Origin: Ostreococcus lucimarinus
Taxonomy: Eukaryota
NCBI GenBank assembly: GCA_000092065.1
Contig: CP000601.1
DNA length: 64,000 nucleotides
Reading direction: 5' to 3' (one strand)
The translations under genes were made by a program, and so were the position numbers. The first letter of the stretch is position 1. Every line of letters begins with the position of its first letter. Below are positions 7,233 through 17,837 of this stretch, one piece after another. The notes under the pieces were generated by a model. That model was not told the origin of the DNA. It saw only the letters and a list, made by a program, of their open reading frames with translations, and made no database searches.

Positions 7233-10200
7233 GTGGATACGATGGATTCGACGCGGTGCGCGACGTGCCGGGCCGTCGTGCGCGGCGGCGCGGCGACGTG
7301 CGCGGAATGCGGGGCGCCGCAGGGCTACGATTCGGATTCGGACGCAACGATTCGCGTCGACGATGACGATGATGACGATGATTCTTCGCACTACGCCCGG
7401 GACGCCCGGGACTCGAGCGCTTCAGACGCCGACTCGAGCACTTCCGCCTCGTCCACGACTCGGCGTCGGCGGGAAGTCGAGTCGCGCGAGCGGGAGATGG
7501 AGGAATCGCCCGAGGCGTTGAAATTGTTGTACATGCTGAGTTTGTACACCGACGCGTCTCAGAAACAGTCGAAGTCGAAGTCTGCGGTTTCCAACAACAA
7601 CAACAACAAACGTTCTCCCTGGATTCGCGAGCTGCCGCTCCTGGTGCTCGTGTACGAGGGCATCGTGCGAAACGCGGTGTTCGATTACGATTACGCGCCA
7701 AAATCAGAAAAGATATTTGGAGCGTGTCCGAGGTATTTGAACGTCTCGGAAGAGGGACGAGACGATTTAGACGATTTGCGTGAGCTTGGTTTCATCACGG
7801 CGCTCAAGGTGACGAGCGAGACGTACGATCACTCGACGTTGTTGAAGATTTCCAAGAAGGGGAGCGAATTCTTGCAGAGGATGACGGCCTCGGGACGGTT
7901 CACGAGCGCGATGCGCCAGTCGGTAGATTCGTTGGTGCACGAAGCTGGTCACCTCCTCGAGGTGCGGTACGACCGCGAGTCCTCGGATTTTTTCCTCACC
8001 GTCCCCTCGATCGGGGTCCGCATCCGCTCCACCATCACGGACGTCGAAGACGTGCCGTACGTCTCGTCTCCGTACATCCCTCCGCACATGCTGAGCTCCG
8101 ATGCGTTCACACCGAACGCGTTGAACGGGCACAAAAAGGCAAAACGCGTGCTCGGCGGCGCCGTTCAAAGTAGTCGCGATATTCGCGACCCGCGCCTGAG
8201 TGAAAGTATCTTGCTCGACTCGGTGAAAATCATCGTCACCGAATACGTGCCGATGGGATCGAACGAAATGGTTTCTTTCTGTAGAAAACTCGGCACGGGA
8301 GACCGCGTCGCGGGCGGTATGTTCACCGCGGAAGCGAGCGCGACGCAGGACGAATTCAACATGGTGGTCGGGATCAACGCCGACAATAAAACCGAGCTAA
8401 AAGTCCTCGACGTCGACGAAACGCGATTCGTAAACGTCGAGGCAGACTTGCTCGCCACCGGGGCGCCCAAGAGTAACTTGGTGCAGCAGCAAATCGAGGT
8501 TTTCGGCATCAACTTTCGGGAAAACGGCGCCATCACTTACGGCATCGTCGTCAACGGCATCGCCGATCGAATTCGAAACGATATCAGCGTCGATTTACTC
8601 GCGCGCTTACTTTCCGACGTCCACGAAGACACGAGCTCGCTGGTGGGAAATTTATTTTCCGAGCGTCAGCGCTCCATGTTGAACATCACATACAAGGGCG
8701 AGCCGGACAATCGCGACAAGTTTACGTGCATCATCGCCGAGCGCGCGACGCCAAAACTGAAAGCCGCGGCGTACATGGATGGTGAAGATAACGAAAACGA
8801 GCTCAAGCAAGTCATCGGCGCGACGTTTTACGCGTACGACCTGAACGAACAAGAAGTCATCGTCTTTGGTTCACGCGGTGTCGTCGTCTTTGGTCCGCGC
8901 ACCGAACGTCATCACAAGCTTCTCGCGACATATTCAGCGTTCCAAGCTCGCTCGTTGTTCATCAAAAGTGTCTTCAGCAGTTGTTTCGCGCTGAACGACG
9001 AGTTGAAGAAGACGCGAGCGTTGATTGAAACCTATCAGATCGATCCGACGAACGTAACGCGCATTCGTTCGCGCCTCGCCGATCACACGACGACGGTGAC
9101 GATCTTGAGCGCCACTCAGCAGTTCGTGCTCGAGTCGCTCGAAAACGTCGACACGTCTCGTGAAAAGTTGAGCGCGGATATGAGCGACGGCGCGTCGCAA
9201 GTGTTGTACGACTTGTTTCAGTTGGAACCGTCGTGGAAACGCTTGCAAAGACGCGCCGTTGACTTGGAAAAAGTCATCGCGGCGTGCGTCAACGATCTCG
9301 AGTCTCTGCGAGAAATGAACGCCGTCATCGGCTCACGAAGAAAGCTCCGCATCAACGAGGCGATAGAAGGGACGACGAAAAACTTAGAGGATGCTTTCCG
9401 AGCGCAGGCGCGCAACAGCACCACGCTCGAGGTGACGCAAGTGATTTTGTCGGGGACGCTCGCGTTTGACATTCTCGATCGATTCACGGGGCAATACCTT
9501 TCGTTCACCGAGATTCGATGGGCCGTCGAAGCGGTGCAGCCGTACATAGTGAATGTTCCCGCGGTTTGGTTCATCTTGAACATGCTCGCGTGGTCGGCGT
9601 TGGGCGGTGGAATTGTTTATTTGATGCGCTACTTGGCCTACATGCATTGCAGCGTGGAGACGAAAAAGCTCACACTCAATAAACCCATTCATTTGTCGCG
9701 ATGGCGGCGATTCATCGCGACGCGCAACGTGGAGTCGACGGCTTTTAAGGAGGAGAACAACCGTCGCGTGGTGAAATACGGCTGGACCGAGCCCATCGAC
9801 GTCAAAAAGTGGAAAGGAACGCCCCCGAAGATTAACGTCACCATCGACGAGCGATACGGTTTCATCTTGCAAGCGATGATCATCATCAATAAGCGCACGT
9901 GTACGCTCTCCGGCGATGCGGTGTGGCGTCAATTTTGGAGCGATGTTTTCGTCGCTCGCAACGTCCACGATCAAAGTCGAGAGCTGTTTGACACCGACAC
10001 CGGCGACCGTTTGCAAACGGCCGAATATTCGTCAGAAGAAGAAGACGAGACTCGCCGCGACGTCACGGCCAAGATCATCGGCATCGACAACCGAAAGTCC
10101 ACGTTAAAGTGGCGCGATGGCAGGCAAATCCTCGCGCAAGACGACACCGACGACGACATCGATTCGGACGAGGAGGCGATCGCGAAGACGGGCGATTTGA

Positions 10201-10292
10201 CGTTTGAAGGCTTCGTCGCGTCCAGGTCGTTGAAACTCGCTCGAGAGGAAGAGAAGGCTAAAAAGAAACGAGCGGCAAGGATGGAAAAGTGA
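7233..10292 (+). CDS. Large hypothetical protein (1019 aa) with N-terminal CxxC...CxxC zinc ribbon, acidic and low-complexity tracts, and one predicted TM helix near residue 760
   Basis: Long uninterrupted GC3-rich ORF. No domain recognised by eye. Confidence 0.6.
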   Translation: MDTMDSTRCATCRAVVRGGAATCAECGAPQGYDSDSDATIRVDDDDDDDDSSHYARDARDSSASDADSSTSASSTTRRRREVESREREMEESPEALKLLYMLSLYTDASQKQSKSKSAVSNNNNNKRSPWIRELPLLVLVYEGIVRNAVFDYDYAPKSEKIFGACPRYLNVSEEGRDDLDDLRELGFITALKVTSETYDHSTLLKISKKGSEFLQRMTASGRFTSAMRQSVDSLVHEAGHLLEVRYDRESSDFFLTVPSIGVRIRSTITDVEDVPYVSSPYIPPHMLSSDAFTPNALNGHKKAKRVLGGAVQSSRDIRDPRLSESILLDSVKIIVTEYVPMGSNEMVSFCRKLGTGDRVAGGMFTAEASATQDEFNMVVGINADNKTELKVLDVDETRFVNVEADLLATGAPKSNLVQQQIEVFGINFRENGAITYGIVVNGIADRIRNDISVDLLARLLSDVHEDTSSLVGNLFSERQRSMLNITYKGEPDNRDKFTCIIAERATPKLKAAAYMDGEDNENELKQVIGATFYAYDLNEQEVIVFGSRGVVVFGPRTERHHKLLATYSAFQARSLFIKSVFSSCFALNDELKKTRALIETYQIDPTNVTRIRSRLADHTTTVTILSATQQFVLESLENVDTSREKLSADMSDGASQVLYDLFQLEPSWKRLQRRAVDLEKVIAACVNDLESLREMNAVIGSRRKLRINEAIEGTTKNLEDAFRAQARNSTTLEVTQVILSGTLAFDILDRFTGQYLSFTEIRWAVEAVQPYIVNVPAVWFILNMLAWSALGGGIVYLMRYLAYMHCSVETKKLTLNKPIHLSRWRRFIATRNVESTAFKEENNRRVVKYGWTEPIDVKKWKGTPPKINVTIDERYGFILQAMIIINKRTCTLSGDAVWRQFWSDVFVARNVHDQSRELFDTDTGDRLQTAEYSSEEEDETRRDVTAKIIGIDNRKSTLKWRDGRQILAQDDTDDDIDSDEEAIAKTGDLTFEGFVASRSLKLAREEEKAKKKRAARMEK

Positions 10293-10457
10293 AAGCCGCG
10301 CGATCGCGGCCGCGGTGAAGCGAGGTAGGCCGCCCGCGTCGTCGTCGTCGTCCCTCCCGTCGGGTAGAATAGACAAATTGCTACGTCACACACAGAGAAC
10401 CGACCCAAACTTCACGTCGCGACGCGCGCGAGGCGCCCGACGTCGGCGTCGATCGCC

Positions 10458-11867
10458 ATGCGCGCCGCGTGCGTGCGCGTCGTCGTCCCGGACGTCCCGT
10501 CGTCGTCGTCGTCGTCGTCGGGCGCCGCCGTCCCGACCTGGCTCCCTCCCGGCACGGGATTCGTCTCAAAAAGCCTCAAACTCGACGTCTCTCGACCCTC
10601 CCGCGCGACGCAGTGCGAATTCTACGTCGTCGGTACCTCCCACGCGAGCGCGGCGGCGGCGGCAGACGTTCGACGGGTCATACGACGCGCGAAACCGCAG
10701 GCTGTGGTGCTCGAGCTCGACCAAGAGCGCGCCGACGCCCTCGTCGCGAGCTTCGTCGAACGCGCGCGCGTGATCGACGATTCCGAATACGGGAGCGATT
10801 TGTTGACCGGTATCATCGAATCAGAGCGCGAGGACGCGCTGACGGTGTACGGGGACGTGCGGGCGAGAGGTATAGGCGAGGCGTTGGCGGCTCGCGCGTT
10901 CGGGACGAACCCTTTCGCGATCGAACGGTGGAAAACGGTGTTGGCGTACGTGAAAAACGCGTGGGATGGTGGATCCGTGGGTGTTTCGAGCGATGGCGCG
11001 CTCGCCGCGGCGGACGTGGCGAGAGCTCTCATGGACGAGCCGAGAAATCTGACGCCGCTCGCGGGACCGGCGGCGGCGTTCGTCGCGGCGACGTTGGCGA
11101 GCTTGGCGATGCCGAACGGAGCGGAGAACGGTCTCGTGGACGCAGTCGGCGTGTTCCTTGCGCTTTTATTATTTTGCCCGCTCGTGGAGACGCTGTGGAT
11201 GGAAAGAGACGAGGTGTTGTGCGCCAACGCGTTGAACGCCGTCGACGTGTGCTCGGGCATCGCTCGAGGGCGGGTACGCCGCGTGCGATTTGGGTTTTCC
11301 ACCGATCCGTCGGCGACGAAGAAGAGCATGCAAACATTCACCCCGAGTGATGCTGGCGCGGTGCCGTGCTTCACGCTGAAACGTCCGCTGAAACGGGGCG
11401 AAACGAGAAGGCTGAACTTGTGGGAGCCGCGTTGGCTAGCGCTCATGGACTCGCTCGCGGAAGCGAATGGCGGATCCCTCGTGGGCGCCGAGCTCGGGTG
11501 TTTACTCGGGCGCGCGAGACATTACGTGAGTAGTTCTTGCTTTGAGATTCTAGGCGATGCGGCTCGACGTACTGGAACCGTGGCCGTTGAGGATTCCATG
11601 CGCCGCGCACGAGTGACGCGCGTGGTGGAGGGCGAGCGCCCGACGACAAAGGCTCGGAAATTGGAGGTTTGGATCGAAGGAATGGACGAGTGCGACGTGC
11701 ACGCGTTAGAGACACATCCGGCTGGGTATTTACTCGCGAGCGCGAGCGTCGAGGCGTCGCAAGCGCCGCGGATTGATGAAGACGACGACGAAGTCGTCAC
11801 GTGCGTCATCGTCACCGGCTTGGCGCACGCGAACGGCATCGTTCGCGGCATAGCCGAGGCGCAGTAG
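10458..11867 (+). CDS. TraB/GumN-family protein with a LON-N/PUA-like C-terminal region
   Basis: EFYVVGTSHASAAAAADVRRVIRRAKPQAVVLELD matches the start of the TraB family. The C-terminal part resembles a LON substrate-binding domain. Confidence 0.55.
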   Translation: MRAACVRVVVPDVPSSSSSSSGAAVPTWLPPGTGFVSKSLKLDVSRPSRATQCEFYVVGTSHASAAAAADVRRVIRRAKPQAVVLELDQERADALVASFVERARVIDDSEYGSDLLTGIIESEREDALTVYGDVRARGIGEALAARAFGTNPFAIERWKTVLAYVKNAWDGGSVGVSSDGALAAADVARALMDEPRNLTPLAGPAAAFVAATLASLAMPNGAENGLVDAVGVFLALLLFCPLVETLWMERDEVLCANALNAVDVCSGIARGRVRRVRFGFSTDPSATKKSMQTFTPSDAGAVPCFTLKRPLKRGETRRLNLWEPRWLALMDSLAEANGGSLVGAELGCLLGRARHYVSSSCFEILGDAARRTGTVAVEDSMRRARVTRVVEGERPTTKARKLEVWIEGMDECDVHALETHPAGYLLASASVEASQAPRIDEDDDEVVTCVIVTGLAHANGIVRGIAEAQ

Positions 11868-11923
11868 AATATTGTAGTAGTATATCACACTTAGTTTATA
11901 TGTACATTCTCTGGTGTCGTGCC

Positions 11924-14188
11924 CTACGCCGCGGCGTTCTTCATGCCTAACTTCTCAACCTTCGCCGCGACGATTTCGGCGTCGAGCGGAGACGATAAAT
12001 TACGCACGACGCTCTCGCGATCATCCGGACCTTCATCACCGCTCGAGCTCGCGGGGCTGTCTAATTCAGGAGTGTGGCACGTCCCGGGATGACCTTCTTT
12101 GGGTGTCAACGCTGTGACGGAGTGTCGAACCTTGACCAAGCGCGAGTCACACAAAAAGTGCGTCCGACACAGCTTCAACGCCTTACCCACAGAGCTCAGT
12201 TCAGCGAACTCGATGAAGGCGATGGCTTGCTTCTCGCCCTTTTCGAACGCCTTGTACCAGAATAACGCCACCTCACCGCATTCCTCCTCAAACTTGTCGC
12301 GCACGAGCGTCGGTTCGATCTCAGGGTCGATATCCGTCACGTAAACCGTGCGATCCGCCTTTTCTTGCGCTACTGGATCCAATGGCCGTGTCAGGGCGCG
12401 CTTTTTGCTGTGCGAGATCTCAACTTTGAGCTGGCAATCATCCACTTCTTTGCCGTCTAAATCCAACGCGCGCTTTACCGCTTCGTTGTCCTCAAAGTCT
12501 ATGAAAGCGTACGGAAACTTACTCTTTGGGTTGGTGAGCAACTCGACGTGTCTCACTTGTCCACATTCGGAAAACATCGCCCTGAGACTCCCTGGAGATA
12601 AAGTTTTCGGAATGTTCCTCACGTAAACTTTGCACGGCGGCGACTCCGGCGTCGTCGGTTCATCACCGATGGTCCGGGTGGACGTCGAGTACGGGTAAGG
12701 GAACGGTGGCATGGTTGCGCGCTGCGATTCGGCAGACGAGTCGCCCGAAGTCGAAGCCGCGGATCCGTGATTCGTTCGTCGATGCAAACGGAGCGGCGTC
12801 TTTGACGCACTCACGCGAATCATGCGGTTTCCAAGCTGTTCACCCGTCAAATGCAGCGCGGTTCCCACGCTTTCGAGGTCGACGAACTCTACGAAGGCTA
12901 CATTCGCCACGGCGTTGTTCTTCACTTGCAAATGCAAGCGGTTGACGGGGCCGGCGCGGTCCTCGAAAAGTAACTTCAACGCGTGCGAGTCCACGGTCTT
13001 GTCGACGTTTGCGACGTAAATTGTCCTCGCGCACGATTCAACCTCTCGTTCATTCTGCGGTAGCAGTAACGGGTTCACTGGGATCACCGCGGTGTCGCTC
13101 TTCTTCACCATGATGTTTTTCCCGTGGAGCGGCGTCTTGTCCAACAATAACGCCCGATCCACCGCCTCGGCGCACTCAAACGCCACAAAGGCGTAGCTAA
13201 ACTTGTGTGTGTTCGCATCACCGCACATGCGACAGTCTATGATGCGGCCGCACGAGGCGAAAACATCCGCTAATTCGCGTTCGCTCACGCTCGCCGGCAC
13301 ATCCTTGACGAAGACGGTGTACGGCACCGCCTTTTCGTTCGCACGTCCATCGCCGAAATATCGTCCACTGGCGCCGTAGAAGCGGCCACCGACGATACCA
13401 CCGTTCACGTGCACACCATTACGCCACTGCTCGCCGCGACCTCGGCCGCCACGACCTCCCACTCGACCGCCGCGACCTCCCGGCGATCGCCTGCCGTATC
13501 CGCGACCGCCAGGGACAAAGCCCGCGCCCATGTAAGGCGGCATCACGTACCCGTAGTGGTCGTAATGATGCGCGTTATGCATGGCTGCGTAATACTCGTG
13601 CTGCGCCGCCGTCATCGCCGCGTATGCGTACTCACCGTACGCCCCCGGCGGCGCCGGCGCGCCCATCATCATCATCGGCGGCGGCACCCCGTACGCGCCC
13701 GCCGGCGCGTACGAACCGGCCGCCATCGCGTGCGGATCGTACCCCCCGTACCCCATATCCGCCACCCCAGGCGGTGACATACCCTCCCCACCCGGCATTA
13801 AGTTCACCGGCACCACCACCGGCACCGCGAACTCGTGCTGAGACACCACCTGCAACGGCGTCCCCGCCGCCGGCACCACGCCGCCGTTCGCCATCGCCGC
13901 TCGATACCACTCCATGTACGACGGCGTCATCATCGGTCGTTCGCTCGACTCGTACGACGCGCTCTGCGACGTTAAAAATCCACGTTTCGCGCCTTCGTCA
14001 GTCTCTCGCGCGCCTTCACCGCGCCCCGATCGCCCTCGCGTCTTCGCGTCCTCGCGTTTAAAAAATCTTTCAAAATCACCAGCCGTTTGAAAGATCGCCC
14101 ATCTCCCGAATGTTTCCCTCCCGTCGCCATCGCATCGCCCGTTCGCGCGTCGCGCGCACCCTCGTCGGCTCTCGAGCGGTTTTCCCAT
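11924..14188 (-). CDS. Multi-RRM RNA-binding protein with RGG and Gly/Pro/Met-rich low-complexity region
   Basis: At least four RRM-like RNP motifs (for example TVFVKDVP...CGRIIDCR, TIYVANVDK, KVYVRNIPK, TVYVTDIDP) and a GGRGGRVGGRGGRGRG tract. The ORF extends to 14476, but the Arg-rich N-terminal extension is probably not translated. Confidence 0.8.
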   Translation of the reverse strand: MGKPLESRRGCARRANGRCDGDGRETFGRWAIFQTAGDFERFFKREDAKTRGRSGRGEGARETDEGAKRGFLTSQSASYESSERPMMTPSYMEWYRAAMANGGVVPAAGTPLQVVSQHEFAVPVVVPVNLMPGGEGMSPPGVADMGYGGYDPHAMAAGSYAPAGAYGVPPPMMMMGAPAPPGAYGEYAYAAMTAAQHEYYAAMHNAHHYDHYGYVMPPYMGAGFVPGGRGYGRRSPGGRGGRVGGRGGRGRGEQWRNGVHVNGGIVGGRFYGASGRYFGDGRANEKAVPYTVFVKDVPASVSERELADVFASCGRIIDCRMCGDANTHKFSYAFVAFECAEAVDRALLLDKTPLHGKNIMVKKSDTAVIPVNPLLLPQNEREVESCARTIYVANVDKTVDSHALKLLFEDRAGPVNRLHLQVKNNAVANVAFVEFVDLESVGTALHLTGEQLGNRMIRVSASKTPLRLHRRTNHGSAASTSGDSSAESQRATMPPFPYPYSTSTRTIGDEPTTPESPPCKVYVRNIPKTLSPGSLRAMFSECGQVRHVELLTNPKSKFPYAFIDFEDNEAVKRALDLDGKEVDDCQLKVEISHSKKRALTRPLDPVAQEKADRTVYVTDIDPEIEPTLVRDKFEEECGEVALFWYKAFEKGEKQAIAFIEFAELSSVGKALKLCRTHFLCDSRLVKVRHSVTALTPKEGHPGTCHTPELDSPASSSGDEGPDDRESVVRNLSSPLDAEIVAAKVEKLGMKNAAA

Positions 14189-14493
14189 CGTTCCCGTTCG
14201 CCTCGCGCGCGTCCTCGCGCGTCGTCGACGCGCGCGCCGTTCGATTCGCATTCGCTTCATTTTCATTTTTCGCATTCGCGCGCGTGACGGCGACGCCGTC
14301 GTCTCCCGCGTCGTCGTCGCCTCGCGTCGCGCGTCTCGGCGCGGGCGCGCGCGGGGACGGGCGATCGACGTCGCGCGGCGTCGGCGGCGACATCGCGCGT
14401 CTCCCGCGTCCTCGAGCGTCGCGTCGTGCCGACGCGCGCGCGCCGTCTCCGGGCGCGCGTGGCGCCCAAAGGTCACGTCGCGCGTCGAAAGTT

Positions 14494-14611
14494 CATGGCG
14501 GTTTCGCCCCGGTGAATACGACTTTGCGCGCGTCGTTCGCGTTTATGTATACATTCGGCACGCGTCGCGATCGCGGTTTCGCCCCGGTGAATACGACTTT
14601 GCGCGCGTCGT
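14494..14611. repeat. Tandem duplicated 38-bp element (GGTTTCGCCCCGGTGAATACGACTTTGCGCGCGTCGT x2, period about 79 bp) in the RRM-gene/CDC20 intergenic region
   Basis: Exact 37-38 bp match at 14497 and 14576. Confidence 0.8.
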
Positions 14612-14897
14612 CTGCGTGTCGTGACTTAGTATCACTGTCGTCGGAAGGCGTCACACACGGATTACGACGACCGCGCGACGCGACCGCGCGACGACCGACG
14701 CACCGCGACGCGCGTCGCGCGCGACGACGACCGCTCGACCGCGCCGATCGCGAGCGGACGCGCGCTTTAACGCCGAGACGCCGAGACGCGAACCGAAAAC
14801 GCGCGCGCCGACGTCCCACGCGCGAGAAAACGGACGGGAATTGCGTCTCGGGAGCGCCGGGACGACGACGCTGATTCGCGGCGACGGCGCGCGCGGG

Positions 14898-16631
14898 ATG
14901 GCGAACGGGGGGCATCGCGGCGTGGACGTGGCGCGGCGATTGATTTTCGAGGACTCGACGCGACGCGGGACGGGCGCGCGCGATGGGAGCGCGCCGGGGA
15001 CGCCGGAGAGGGAGGGGCGGGCGAGCGCGGGACGCGGCGCGAGCGCGGGACGGGCGAACGCGGGATACAGCGATCGGTACGTGCCGTCGAGGAGCGCGAG
15101 CGCGGGATTTCGGGGTGATTTTAGTATGCTGGAGGCGTGCGCGAGCGTCGGGGTCGGGGCGACGGGAGGGGGTAGGGGTGAAGAGATCGGCGGCGCGAGC
15201 GGCGGCGGCGGCGGACGAATCGGTCGGGACGGACGCGGCGACGCCGATCGGGGACGGGAGGGGGACGCGAATCGCGATGCTGATAGCGCGGGCGCGCACA
15301 GGGGTGATGGTGGTTCGGCGCGAGCGCACGAGCGCGAGGATACGAGCGCGGCGTACGGGGCGTTGTTGCGAAGCGAGTTGCTCGGAGACGTGTGTCCGCC
15401 CGAGGCGTACGGCGTGACGCCGCCGGCGACGCCGAGCGCGGCGAGGTACCGACCGCGGACGCCGGCGACGCCGATCGATGGATCGTCGTACTCGTACTCC
15501 ACTCCCGGAAGGAACTTGTTCAAATTTCGCGACGATGGCTCGTTCGGGACGATCGCTCGAGGCGAATCGCCGTACGCGTTGAATCCAGTCGGCGACGGCG
15601 ACGGACCGCTCGGCATGACGCTTTTATCGCCGCGCCGCCGCGCGCCGCGAAAGATCGCGCGTAGTCCGTTCAAAGTACTCGACGCGCCGGCGTTGCAGGA
15701 CGATTTCTACCTCAACCTCGTCGATTGGAGTTCGAGCAACGTGTTAGCCGTCGGTTTGGGAACGTGCGTCTACCTGTGGAGCGCGTGCACTAGCAAGGTG
15801 ACCAAGCTGTGTGAGCTCGCTCCTAACGATTCCGTCGCCTCTGTGGCGTGGACGCAGCGTGGGACGTATTTGGGCGTCGGCACGAACAGCGGCGAGGTGC
15901 AGATATGGGACGTGGCCAAGTGCAAAAAGACGCGAGCGATGCTCGGGCACCGCAGTCGCGCCGGGACGTTGGCGTGGAACTCGCACACGCTCTCGAGCGG
16001 GAGTCGCGATCGCGCCATCTTGAATCGCGACATTCGATCACCGAGCGATTACTCTAGCAAGCTTCTCGGGCATAAGAGCGAGGTGTGCGGATTGAAGTGG
16101 TCTTACGACGACCAACAGCTCGCGAGCGGCGGCAACGACAATCAACTCTTCGTGTGGAATTCGCACTCGACGTCACCAATCTTGCGATGCAGCGAGCACA
16201 CCGCCGCGGTCAAGGCCATCGCGTGGTCTCCACATCAACACGGCTTACTCGCCAGCGGCGGCGGTACCGCCGACCGATGCATTCGGTTTTGGAACACCGT
16301 CACCAACACGCCGTTGCAGTGCGTCGACACCGGTTCGCAGGTGTGCAACTTGGTTTGGAGCAAGAACGTGAACGAGATCGTCAGCACGCACGGCTACAGC
16401 CAAAATCAAATCGTCGTCTGGCGTTATCCGAGTATGTCCAAGCTCACCACGCTCACGGGCCACACCCTCCGCGTGCTCTTTCTCGCCATTTCTCCCGACG
16501 GCCAAACCATCGTCACCGGCGCCGGCGACGAGACGTTGCGCTTTTGGAACGTCTTCCCCGGCATGAAGTCCCCCGTCTCGGGCGCCGGCGACAACACCGT
16601 CAGCACGCTCGCGCGCACGAGCATTCGGTGA
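14898..16631 (+). CDS. APC/C co-activator of the CDC20/CDH1 (Fizzy) family
   Basis: C-box DRYVPSRS, seven WD40 repeats with the typical Fizzy core (DAPALQDDFYLNLVDWSS..., GHKSEVCGLKWSYDDQQLASGGNDN) and a C-terminal IR tail (…TSIR*). Confidence 0.9.
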   Translation: MANGGHRGVDVARRLIFEDSTRRGTGARDGSAPGTPEREGRASAGRGASAGRANAGYSDRYVPSRSASAGFRGDFSMLEACASVGVGATGGGRGEEIGGASGGGGGRIGRDGRGDADRGREGDANRDADSAGAHRGDGGSARAHEREDTSAAYGALLRSELLGDVCPPEAYGVTPPATPSAARYRPRTPATPIDGSSYSYSTPGRNLFKFRDDGSFGTIARGESPYALNPVGDGDGPLGMTLLSPRRRAPRKIARSPFKVLDAPALQDDFYLNLVDWSSSNVLAVGLGTCVYLWSACTSKVTKLCELAPNDSVASVAWTQRGTYLGVGTNSGEVQIWDVAKCKKTRAMLGHRSRAGTLAWNSHTLSSGSRDRAILNRDIRSPSDYSSKLLGHKSEVCGLKWSYDDQQLASGGNDNQLFVWNSHSTSPILRCSEHTAAVKAIAWSPHQHGLLASGGGTADRCIRFWNTVTNTPLQCVDTGSQVCNLVWSKNVNEIVSTHGYSQNQIVVWRYPSMSKLTTLTGHTLRVLFLAISPDGQTIVTGAGDETLRFWNVFPGMKSPVSGAGDNTVSTLARTSIR

Positions 16632-16920
16632 TTCACCGCATTCTTTCTTTCGATACGAATCCGTCTGTACCGCAAACTTTTTTCATTCATTCGTCGCCGT
16701 TGTAACTCGTACCACTCGACGCGTTCGTCCCGTCGCCCGCACACCGCGCCGCCCTTCCGCGCCGCGTCGACCGTCCACCAGCGCGCGCGTCGGCGCACCG
16801 TTCGCCGCCCATCCCGCGCGCGTCGCCCTCGCCTCGCCGTCCGCGCGCGCGTCCGCGCGTCCCGAAGCCGCCGCGCGGCGTCCCGAAGCCGCCGCGCGCG
16901 CGCGCCTCGCCTCGCCTCCG

Positions 16921-17778
16921 ATGTCCGCGCCGTCGTCCGGCGACGCCGCGCCCTCGACGAGCGGACGCGCGGTCTACGACGACGTCCTGCCCACGGCCTC
17001 GCCCTGGGGCGTCGTCGGGCGTCAGGCGGTGCTCGCCGCGGTGGCGGCGTTCAGCAAGTGCGTCCTGGACGTCGCCAACGTCACGACGACGACGAATCTC
17101 GCGACGTTCGAGCGCGCCATCGCGAATCGCGATCGAGCGAACGCGCAGGGATTACTCACGGTGTGCAATCACGTGAGCACGTTCGACGACCCGGGAATGC
17201 TGAGCGCGCTGATCCCGTGGTCGGTCTTCGTCGGCGAGCCGCGGCGCGGGGGCGTGCGGTGGACGCTGTGCACGGATGAGATTTGCGCGAAAACCAAGCT
17301 GCGAGAGAGCTTTTTCTTGTGCGGTAAGGCGCTGGCGATCAAGCGAGGCGGTGGGGTGGAGCAGCCGGCGATGCGAACGGCGGCGAATCTGTTACTGAGA
17401 GGGGATTGGGTGCACTTGTTTCCCGAGGGTCGCGTCAGTCGCGACGGAGAGTTGGGAACGATGCGAAGAGGCGTGGCGAAATTGCTGTGCGACGTCGAGA
17501 TCGCGGGCGGAACGCCGCCGATGGTGCTACCGTTTTGGCACTCCGGCATGTCCGACGTAAAACCGTACGGGCGATGGGAGATTGGCGTGGGTAAGCGCGT
17601 GCACGTTACCGTCGGCGAACCGCTCGATTTGACCGACTTGACGGCCAAGTGCGCGCGCTGCGAGAAGAACGCCAAGGCGCGCGACCATCTGCACGCGCAG
17701 ATCATGCGTCGCGTGGAGACCGCGTTGAAAGATTTAGAAGCCCAAAATAGGCGCGAGCGCGGCGACGCGTCCGCTTGA
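16921..17778 (+). CDS. Tafazzin-like phospholipid/lysophospholipid acyltransferase
   Basis: HxxxxD motif in a tafazzin context (CNHVSTFDDP; compare tafazzin NHQSCMDDP) and an FPEGRVS motif. Confidence 0.75.
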   Translation: MSAPSSGDAAPSTSGRAVYDDVLPTASPWGVVGRQAVLAAVAAFSKCVLDVANVTTTTNLATFERAIANRDRANAQGLLTVCNHVSTFDDPGMLSALIPWSVFVGEPRRGGVRWTLCTDEICAKTKLRESFFLCGKALAIKRGGGVEQPAMRTAANLLLRGDWVHLFPEGRVSRDGELGTMRRGVAKLLCDVEIAGGTPPMVLPFWHSGMSDVKPYGRWEIGVGKRVHVTVGEPLDLTDLTAKCARCEKNAKARDHLHAQIMRRVETALKDLEAQNRRERGDASA

Positions 17779-17837
17779 CCTCGTATTGTAACCGTCCGCG
17801 CGCGTCCCGGGTCAGCCGCAGAGCGCGCCTCGCCGCC

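Noticed and set aside
16858-16900. Short tandem duplication GTCCCGAAGCCGCCGCGCG x2 upstream of the tafazzin gene
   Set aside because: It is too short and too simple (GC-rich low complexity) to separate from the background of CGCG-rich intergenic sequence. It is noted but not called as a feature.
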